Shown: positions 56,640 to 63,290 of the stretch, piece after piece
Layout of the letters: every line of letters starts with the position of its first letter
Numbering within the stretch: the stretch's first letter is position 1
Virus record (IMG/VR): IMGVR_UViG_3300033073_001660
Location: 4,021 to 68,020 of that record
Reading direction: 5' to 3' (one strand)
Length of the DNA: 64,000 nt
Source of the DNA: a virus
Lineage: Duplodnaviria; Caudoviricetes
Made by a program: the position numbers and the translations under genes
Notes under the pieces: generated by a model
The model's database searches: none
What the model was told of the DNA's origin: nothing
Seen by the model: the letters and a program-made list of their open reading frames with translations, nothing else

Positions 56640-57977
56640 GTGAGTCTATTTAATTTCAATACTTGGCACAGCTTAAATGAAGCAGTTGCATTCGATAAAA
56701 ATGCAAATTACGCGGATAAGACATTTGGATATCCAGTCGGATCAGTTGATACTACACAAGTTTTTCTAGGAGGTGCAGGTGGAGATTGGGGCGGAAGTAT
56801 GCAACGAGCATTATGGTTTGCTAGGACAGCTGACGATTGGGCAATGGCAAATGGAAAAAACCGAAGTCTTATTAGTTCTCAAAAAAGATCTAGAGTTTTA
56901 ACGGCTTCCGGAAATACATCTGATCACTATAAAGGAAATAACAATGCATATGCCGTAGATATTGCTACATCCGGCGCAGAAGGAGACGCTTTACTTGCAT
57001 ACATAATGGAGAGATTTGGTCATCCTGAATATAAGGGAGGTTCCTGGTTTAATGTCACAATTGATGGATATCGATACCAAGTAGGATGGAAAGTAAAAAA
57101 CCATTTTGATCACATTCATGTTGGTGTAAAGAAGACTACTGGTGAAAAAATTGAGTCGACTGTTAATACAATAAAAGCTAATCTTGGAGAAAAATTAATA
57201 AAACATCCAAAGATTGCTGCGTGGTTAGCAAAAAACATACCAAATACCGTGACTGGTGAGCAATTAGATGGACTTTTAAAATCCGATCCTAAAACATTTG
57301 AATGGTTCAAGAAGACTTTTGGTTTAAATGATGCCGGCGATCCGATTGATGCATCAACTTCTAGTACTATGACTGGTACGATCGAGTCTAATTGGATGGA
57401 GGTGACTAAGAAAGTAATCGATAATTTCGAAGGAGGTTATTGGAATTACTGGGAATGTAAGGATCATCCATATTCGGACATGTTTAAAAACTCTGGTGAA
57501 ACGATGTTTGGTTTAGATCGCAAAGCCGGGGCGATTGAAAAAATTAAACCAGAAGGAGAAGAATTCTTTAGGTTAATCGACGCTGAAAAGAAAAAATTAG
57601 GACCGGAATTCTGTAAGAAATGGAAGTGGAATTATCGTGGTGGAGAGTTAGAAGAACAACTTAAAGATCTTGCAGCTAAAATCATGTTCAAATCATATCA
57701 GAAAAACATGTCAAATTACGTAAAGGATCCTGAAACCAAACGTAGAATTGAAAGCAATAAGGGTCTTCTATTACATATGTCATATGCATGTTGGAACGGG
57801 CCAGCTTTCTTCAGAGATTTTGCAAAACAATTAGACGAAGGAGTCAAAGCTGGTAAATCAGACGCTGAGCTATTAAAAATAGCTAAGGATGGAAGAACTG
57901 CAAGATTATCTGGTGCTTGGGCCAAAGCAACAGTCAAAGTAAATACTCTTATCGATAAAGAATCTGGACTAGCTTAA
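56640..57977 (+). CDS. Two-domain peptidoglycan hydrolase: M15/LAS-type Zn peptidase plus GH108-like lysozyme
   Basis: SDHYKGNNNAYAVDI...HFDHIHVG (H, D, HxH Zn motif); VIDNFEGGY...SGETMFGLDRK (GH108-like). Confidence 0.65.
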   Translation: MSLFNFNTWHSLNEAVAFDKNANYADKTFGYPVGSVDTTQVFLGGAGGDWGGSMQRALWFARTADDWAMANGKNRSLISSQKRSRVLTASGNTSDHYKGNNNAYAVDIATSGAEGDALLAYIMERFGHPEYKGGSWFNVTIDGYRYQVGWKVKNHFDHIHVGVKKTTGEKIESTVNTIKANLGEKLIKHPKIAAWLAKNIPNTVTGEQLDGLLKSDPKTFEWFKKTFGLNDAGDPIDASTSSTMTGTIESNWMEVTKKVIDNFEGGYWNYWECKDHPYSDMFKNSGETMFGLDRKAGAIEKIKPEGEEFFRLIDAEKKKLGPEFCKKWKWNYRGGELEEQLKDLAAKIMFKSYQKNMSNYVKDPETKRRIESNKGLLLHMSYACWNGPAFFRDFAKQLDEGVKAGKSDAELLKIAKDGRTARLSGAWAKATVKVNTLIDKESGLA

Positions 57978-57993
57978 TTTTTTCTAGTAGCTA

Positions 57994-58020
57994 AAACCTG
58001 GGTCAATTCTTTAGTTTAAT
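57994..58020 (+). promoter_or_regulatory. Putative non-late promoter AAAC-N16-GTTTAAT
   Basis: Upstream of ATG 58040. Confidence 0.4.
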
Positions 58021-58039
58021 ACTCTAAAATATTAAACAT

Positions 58040-58531
58040 ATGTCTGAAGAAACACCACACATCGAAGAACAAGAAGTATTAATTGAAGATACTCAATCTG
58101 AAACTATTCCGGAATCTGATGGGTTCATGGAAGAACCACAAGCCGAGCTTAGCGAATTAGATAAAGCGGTTCAAGCTAGAATGGGCCATTTTGCAATCAA
58201 TATTTCACCAGCTGACCTGAAATACGTTAAGAACTTGCTAAATAACAAGATCGAATGGAAAGGTCCAAACGAAGCATATTTAATGCTAATGGCTCTTCTT
58301 TCTATCTCTAGCGAGCTTAAGGAAAGAGACTCATCATCAAACGAAAGAGTACAAGTACAATTGCCTTCTACCACATTAGAATCAATTAACTTTTTCTTGA
58401 ATCGAGTTACAGGCAAAGGTGAAGAATCTGCACATAGACTATTCGCAGTATCAATGTTACTTCGTCCAGCAATGGAAGAAATTAAAAAACTTGACGAGAT
58501 TATCGAAAAGTTGCAATCTGAGGAAAAATAA
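58040..58531 (+). CDS. Hypothetical protein with acidic N-terminus
   Basis: 163 aa ORF. Confidence 0.55.
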   Translation: MSEETPHIEEQEVLIEDTQSETIPESDGFMEEPQAELSELDKAVQARMGHFAINISPADLKYVKNLLNNKIEWKGPNEAYLMLMALLSISSELKERDSSSNERVQVQLPSTTLESINFFLNRVTGKGEESAHRLFAVSMLLRPAMEEIKKLDEIIEKLQSEEK

Positions 58532-58543
58532 ATCTATACTTAG

Positions 58544-58550
58544 ATAAATA
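58544..58550 (+). promoter_or_regulatory. Late promoter GATAAATA
   Basis: Upstream of ATG 58570. Confidence 0.55.
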
Positions 58551-58569
58551 ATAAAAAAGTTTATTAAAG

Positions 58570-58932
58570 ATGAAAGTAAAGAACTTTGCAGGATTTATGA
58601 AAACTCGCAAACTGAATGAAAATGACGGTTGGCAAGAAGAGTCAGACGAATACGGTGATGAAGGATACTCTGACGATTCTGAAGCAGGATTCTATGGAGC
58701 TAATCCAGAAGACGAAGAAGAACCAGCTGAGGGCGAAGAGCCAGAAGAAGGTGCTGAAGAGGGTGAAGAAGAATTAACTCTAGAAGATCTTAAAGCAATG
58801 GTGGATGACCTTACTGAAAGAGTTAAAAAGCTTGAACCAGAAGAGGAAGAAGAGCCAGCTGAAGGTGAAGAAGGAGAAGAACCTGCCGAAGGTGAAGAGC
58901 CAGCAGAAGGTGAAGCTAAACCTGAAGCATAA
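58570..58932 (+). CDS. Highly acidic protein with EEPAEGEE repeats
   Basis: N-terminal MKVKNFAGF; repeated EEPAEGEE; coiled coil LKAMVDDLTERVKKLE. Confidence 0.7.
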   Translation: MKVKNFAGFMKTRKLNENDGWQEESDEYGDEGYSDDSEAGFYGANPEDEEEPAEGEEPEEGAEEGEEELTLEDLKAMVDDLTERVKKLEPEEEEEPAEGEEGEEPAEGEEPAEGEAKPEA

Positions 58933-58958
58933 TTCATAATCTACTTAATTAAGAAACT

Positions 58959-58985
58959 AAAGCGAATGGAAACATTCGCTTTTTT
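58959..58985 (+). terminator. Intrinsic terminator
   Basis: AAAGCGAATG-GAAA-CATTCGCTTT followed by a T-tract. Confidence 0.85.
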
Positions 58986-58992
58986 AGTTTAG

Positions 58993-58999
58993 ATAAATA
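58993..58999 (+). promoter_or_regulatory. Late promoter GATAAATA
   Basis: Upstream of ATG 59015. Confidence 0.55.
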
Positions 59000-59014
59000 A
59001 TAAAAAATCTTCAG

Positions 59015-59329
59015 ATGAAAATAAAAGATTTTTCCTCTTTCGTCAATCATAAAACTAACGAAAACTCAGATCTTGACTGGAGCGACAAGAATTGGGATGA
59101 AGCTGGACAGGACGGTGAAAATCCACCAAACTCTGGTCTAGAAGGATCTAGCGCGGAACCAATGGACTATATCGCCGGTGATTATGGTGAGACTGGAGAT
59201 GAAGATATTCTACTCGATGATCGAGAATCCAGTAAAGATACTGAAGGTATTGAAAACATTAAAGCCATGATTGATGATCTTACTACTAGAATCATCAAGA
59301 TGGAAAAGAATAAACCTGCTAAGAAATGA
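59015..59329 (+). CDS. Acidic protein, paralog of 58570-58932
   Basis: MKIKDFSSF N-terminus; C-terminal IKAMIDDLTTRIIKME. Confidence 0.65.
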   Translation: MKIKDFSSFVNHKTNENSDLDWSDKNWDEAGQDGENPPNSGLEGSSAEPMDYIAGDYGETGDEDILLDDRESSKDTEGIENIKAMIDDLTTRIIKMEKNKPAKK

Positions 59330-59763
59330 GTCAGTTTACAAGAGATAGAAGAATATTACTATTCGAAGAGCATTGTAGAAAGAACGATATCGACGGTAAG
59401 GAGATAGATGCAGAGATCTCAGGAATTCCATTAAAATTGATTGTTGCTTCAACTCCTCAAAGTCAAATGAAAGGATATAGTGATTCAAAGGCTTCGCCTA
59501 GCGGAAATAACGGCATGCTTTTTATATATGACGACGAACAACCCCTATCCTTTTGGATGAAAGGAGTAAAGTTTGGACTAGATATTATCTTTTTTGATAG
59601 TCAGATGCAATACATCGATCACCATACAATGGAACCTGGACACGAGGTAGATGAGAAGAATCTTCCAAAATATCAGTCTAAGCAACCTGCTAGATTTGCA
59701 GTGGAGCTTCCTTCAGGCTGGTGTGAAAAAAACATGGACTCTGATTGTAAACTTTCCTTTTAA
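59326..59763 (+). CDS. DUF192-family protein
   Basis: VASTPQSQMKG...GMLFIY...SFWMKGVKFGLDIIFFD...ARFAVELPSG. Confidence 0.85.
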   Translation: MSQFTRDRRILLFEEHCRKNDIDGKEIDAEISGIPLKLIVASTPQSQMKGYSDSKASPSGNNGMLFIYDDEQPLSFWMKGVKFGLDIIFFDSQMQYIDHHTMEPGHEVDEKNLPKYQSKQPARFAVELPSGWCEKNMDSDCKLSF

Positions 59764-59774
59764 TTTAGTACATT
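59749..59774 (+). promoter_or_regulatory. Putative non-late promoter AAAC-N15-GTACATT
   Basis: Upstream of the ligase ATG 59793. Confidence 0.4.
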
Positions 59775-59792
59775 AACTAAAAAGGAAAAACT

Positions 59793-61097
59793 ATGCTCCA
59801 TACCCAAGACTTTCGTGAACTTCGCGAGTTTGTTAATGAAATGAACTCCTCAAACTCTACTAATCATAAAGTTGATGTTCTTACCAAATATCAATATCAT
59901 CCATTCATTAAGAGGATCCTATTATATACGTATCACCCGTACTGGAACTTTGGTGTGACTTCTGCAAATCTTAAAAAGCGAGCAGATCTTATTGCTCCTA
60001 CTGGAATATACGATGACTTCTTTATGATGCTTGATGATTTCAATGAACGTAATATGACTGGTCACGCTGCAATTGAAGCTATGAATCGTTTTATCAAAGA
60101 TTACGAAGCGTGGGCTGACCTCATCTATCAAGTGATCGATCGTAACCTTGAGACTAGAGCGACAGTTACCCTAATCAATCGTGTGAATCCTAAGTTTATT
60201 CCGACCTTTGACGTTGCTTTAGCTCACGATGCGGCTAAAGTAAAAGGTGTAGATATTTTCGATGGTACCTGGTTTGTTTCCAGAAAGTTGGATGGAGTCA
60301 GATGTATCTGCTTTGTTCATGGAGAAGATGTTCGATTCTTTTCACGAAACGGTAAGGAATTTTTGACTCTAGGCAAAGTAGCAGAGGAAATCAGACGTCT
60401 GGGGATCACCGACCTTGTTTTAGATGGTGAATTATGTCTCATGAATGAAGATGGCTCAGATGACTTCCAGGGAATCCTGAAACAGATACAACGTAAGGAT
60501 CATACTATCGAAAATCCAAGATACCAGATTTTTGATATTTTGCAAGCTGGAGAATTTGCAGGAGAAGATGAGTCCCCGTTATTCTCTACCCGAATTGAGT
60601 GCAGAGAACAGTGGTTGGGTGACTTAGGCTCTTCAAATATCTTGGAAATGTTGCCGCAGGTCCGAATTAAAGACGAGGATGCTCTTGAGGAACTGAAGGC
60701 TCAATCTAAGGATTCAAACTGGGAAGGACTAATCGCTAGAAAGGACACACCCTATTCTTCAGGCCGATCTAAACATATGCTTAAGATCAAGGAGTTTTTT
60801 GACGACGAGTATATCGTTACTGGTCTGATTATGGGACCCCAACGAGTGATCGTAAACGGCAAAGAAATCGAAGAGGATATGTTAAGCGCTGTCACGATAG
60901 ATCACAAGGGATCTCAAGTTCAAGTTGGAAGTGGATTTACTATTGACCAACGTCGACACTATTATCGAAATATTGGAGAACTTATGGGAGCAACTATTAC
61001 TGTTCAATACTTCGAGGAAACGACCGATCAGCATGGAAACAATTCTTTAAGATTTCCAGTATTTAAAGGGAACCATGGAAAAACTCGGAGTATATAA
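59793..61097 (+). CDS. lig: ATP-dependent DNA ligase
   Basis: Motif I SRKLDGVRC, III VLDGEL, IIIa YQIFDIL, IV WEGLIAR, V MLKIK, and OB-fold GSGF...LRFPVF. Confidence 0.95.
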   Translation: MLHTQDFRELREFVNEMNSSNSTNHKVDVLTKYQYHPFIKRILLYTYHPYWNFGVTSANLKKRADLIAPTGIYDDFFMMLDDFNERNMTGHAAIEAMNRFIKDYEAWADLIYQVIDRNLETRATVTLINRVNPKFIPTFDVALAHDAAKVKGVDIFDGTWFVSRKLDGVRCICFVHGEDVRFFSRNGKEFLTLGKVAEEIRRLGITDLVLDGELCLMNEDGSDDFQGILKQIQRKDHTIENPRYQIFDILQAGEFAGEDESPLFSTRIECREQWLGDLGSSNILEMLPQVRIKDEDALEELKAQSKDSNWEGLIARKDTPYSSGRSKHMLKIKEFFDDEYIVTGLIMGPQRVIVNGKEIEEDMLSAVTIDHKGSQVQVGSGFTIDQRRHYYRNIGELMGATITVQYFEETTDQHGNNSLRFPVFKGNHGKTRSI

Positions 61098-61098
61098 T
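61070..61098 (+). promoter_or_regulatory. Putative non-late promoter GAAC-N16-GTATATAAT
   Basis: Lies within the 3' end of the ligase gene, upstream of ATG 61102. Confidence 0.4.
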
Positions 61099-61101
61099 AG
61101 C

Positions 61102-61401
61102 ATGTCATTCAATAAGAAAAGAATACCTGAACTGGAAGAATTAAAGAGAAAACACGCAGAACTAGGCGATAGTTACCTAGAGCAATTTAGATCTTGTGAT
61201 GCACTAATTGGTCCAGCAGATTCTGGTAAATACTTAGATGATTTCTTTAAATCAAAGGATTTATCGAATGATGTTGCAACTCAGGTGCTTTCTCTTCTTA
61301 CTGAAGCCAAGGAATTACTTCTAAATAGAGCTAGTTCAAAATACATTGAAGATTTTAACGATCTACAAAAACTAATTAATTCAATAACAAATAAACAATA
61401 A
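61102..61401 (+). CDS. Hypothetical protein
   Basis: MSFNKKRIPELEELK...; the ATG at 61102 avoids overlap with the ligase. Confidence 0.55.
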   Translation: MSFNKKRIPELEELKRKHAELGDSYLEQFRSCDALIGPADSGKYLDDFFKSKDLSNDVATQVLSLLTEAKELLLNRASSKYIEDFNDLQKLINSITNKQ

Positions 61402-61404
61402 ATT

Positions 61405-61605
61405 ATGTATTACATCGCAAAAGTAAAGTTTGAGACGATTGATGATCAGACAGGTCGACCTAAAAAGATTTATGAACAATATCTAGTCGATGCTGGCTCG
61501 ATCTCTGAAGCAGAAGAGCTTTTAAAAGAGAGATTCAAAGACTCTATTGCTGAGTTTTCAGTAGTAAGTGTTGTCGAGTCTAAAATCATGGGAGTAGTTA
61601 AGTAA
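61405..61605 (+). CDS. DUF4494-like protein (Bacteroidota-associated family)
   Basis: YYIAKVKFE...KKIYEQYLVDAGSISEAE pattern. Confidence 0.7.
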   Translation: MYYIAKVKFETIDDQTGRPKKIYEQYLVDAGSISEAEELLKERFKDSIAEFSVVSVVESKIMGVVK

Positions 61606-61607
61606 CT

Positions 61608-61895
61608 ATGAAAAAGATGCCTACTAAAACTGCAGAGAAGGTATATGATATACTTTGTAAGTTTGCAGAAGCCAATCCTAGTTATTATGAAAAGGAGACA
61701 TTCGTGTTTCATTTTGGAGTTCTGAGCACCACTCAACCGAATTATAAATTAAATTGTATGGATGATGCTCAAAGAACCTTTATTTGTAATAGCAGCGGAA
61801 GAATGTGGGTTGATGGAACCAACACTGGAAGAGTTAATTCAATCCTAAGAAAAATATCTGAAGAGACTGCCCAAGCAGTAGATAATGAAGTTTAA
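61608..61895 (+). CDS. Hypothetical protein
   Basis: 95 aa ORF in a tight operon. Confidence 0.55.
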   Translation: MKKMPTKTAEKVYDILCKFAEANPSYYEKETFVFHFGVLSTTQPNYKLNCMDDAQRTFICNSSGRMWVDGTNTGRVNSILRKISEETAQAVDNEV

Positions 61896-62310
61896 AGTTC
61901 CAATTGATAAAAACGTAACCTTTGCTCAAGAGTTATTTGCTCTGATTTCAGAACACGTTTCTGATCTATCAATGGAATACGAAAAGCGACCAAATAAGAT
62001 TATTTTTACTGGACCGATTGGAAAGGAAGTATTTGATTTTATTAAGGAGAAAGAGTGGAACTTTAAAGGATTTGATCTTGAGAGCGCTGGCGGTTTGCTA
62101 GACGCTCTCATTTTCAAATATGATGCACCATTTACCCAAACTGAAGACAGGGGAGGAATAATCTTCGATCAAGGATCCATCAATAATAAACAAATCAATG
62201 GAATTCCTGGACCAGAAACAACCCAAAAAATAATCTCTGCATACGCTTCTCCTAGTTTTATCATAGAGAGAACCGTTCGACCAGAAAAAAGAATATTATT
62301 AAGTAGATAA
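61885..62310 (+). CDS. Hypothetical protein
   Basis: 141 aa ORF in a tight operon. Confidence 0.55.
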   Translation: MKFKVPIDKNVTFAQELFALISEHVSDLSMEYEKRPNKIIFTGPIGKEVFDFIKEKEWNFKGFDLESAGGLLDALIFKYDAPFTQTEDRGGIIFDQGSINNKQINGIPGPETTQKIISAYASPSFIIERTVRPEKRILLSR

Positions 62311-62831
62311 TGAGCACAGTTCGATTCATAGCAGATTTACACCTTGGTCATGCAAATATGGCCAAACGACGTAAATTCTCTTCAGTAGAGGAGCACGATG
62401 AATATATTGTAAAACAATGGAATTCTGTCGTGGCCAAGAGAGATTTGACCTATATCTTAGGCGATATCACTATGGAATCTTCTAAACCTTATCCGATATT
62501 GGATCGACTTAATGGTCGTAAGATCGTGATTGGCGGAAATCATGATAAACATGGACACTCTCGAGAACTACTTAAACACGTAGATTCCATTGCTGGAATG
62601 GTACAATACAAGGGAATATTTTTGACCCACTGTCCGGTCCATCCGCGAGAAATGGAATATCGTATCAAACACAATATCCATGGACACATTCACGAAAACT
62701 TCATTGAAAAAGAGTTTCGAGCTCTTGGAGTCAAACTATTTACTCGAGTAGATCGACGATATCACTGTGTTTCATGCGAGCATGTCAATTATACTCCAAA
62801 ATCTCTAAAAGAACTAGGAATAGAACGATGA
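62310..62831 (+). CDS. Calcineurin-like metallophosphoesterase
   Basis: ADLHLGH, LGDI, GNHD, THCP, HGHIH. Confidence 0.92.
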   Translation: MSTVRFIADLHLGHANMAKRRKFSSVEEHDEYIVKQWNSVVAKRDLTYILGDITMESSKPYPILDRLNGRKIVIGGNHDKHGHSRELLKHVDSIAGMVQYKGIFLTHCPVHPREMEYRIKHNIHGHIHENFIEKEFRALGVKLFTRVDRRYHCVSCEHVNYTPKSLKELGIER

Positions 62832-63118
62832 AGATATTAAGATCAATTATAGATTGGGATCTTTGGCAAAAAATTAAGACAAAGGATCACTCAATCAATA
62901 CTGAATACATGTTTAAAAAAGAAAAAAATCAAATGAAGACAATTGAAGTTTGTGTAGGAGTTGGATTAAATCAATTATTTCCAGAATATGTGACGATTGA
63001 GATTCCTCAGGAAAAGAAACCTCGAAAAAAGACTACTCCGAAACCTGAAAAAGAGATTAGTGTAGATTCACAAAAAGTAGTTAAACCTCGTAAAAAATCG
63101 AAGGGTGACACCAAATAA
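62828..63118 (+). CDS. Hypothetical basic protein
   Basis: ATGA overlap at 62828; Lys-rich C-terminus. Confidence 0.5.
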   Translation: MKILRSIIDWDLWQKIKTKDHSINTEYMFKKEKNQMKTIEVCVGVGLNQLFPEYVTIEIPQEKKPRKKTTPKPEKEISVDSQKVVKPRKKSKGDTK

Positions 63119-63290
63119 AACAATCGATCAAGATAAGCTTCCTTGTAATTTTGACCATAATGGGGAATGTCTAATTTGCGATTGTTGGCCGGAGAATTGC
63201 GCTTATGATCGATATATTAACCGAGATTATAAGTGGGAAACTAAAGAAGAACTAAAAGAAATGTTTAAAGACTATGAACAACCTCGATAA
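63105..63290 (+). CDS. Small Cys-rich protein (possible metal binding)
   Basis: CNFDHNGECLICDCWPENC. Confidence 0.45.
   Translation: MTPNKTIDQDKLPCNFDHNGECLICDCWPENCAYDRYINRDYKWETKEELKEMFKDYEQPR

Noticed and set aside
1414-62117. Many short antisense or alternate-frame ORFs in the track (e.g. 1414-1788, 15347-15892, 39095-39481, 49404-49712, 54155-54478)
   Set aside because: They lie wholly within longer, motif-bearing genes and show no recognisable motifs or promoters, so they are treated as shadow ORFs.
19650-62827. Extended upstream starts given by the track (19650, 21008, 21324, 24156, 42048, 50263, 56021, 61075, 62774)
   Set aside because: They overlap upstream genes. Downstream ATGs at 19707, 21074, 21345, 24204, 42138, 50419, 56126, 61102 and 62828 give coupled or near-adjacent starts and better N-termini.
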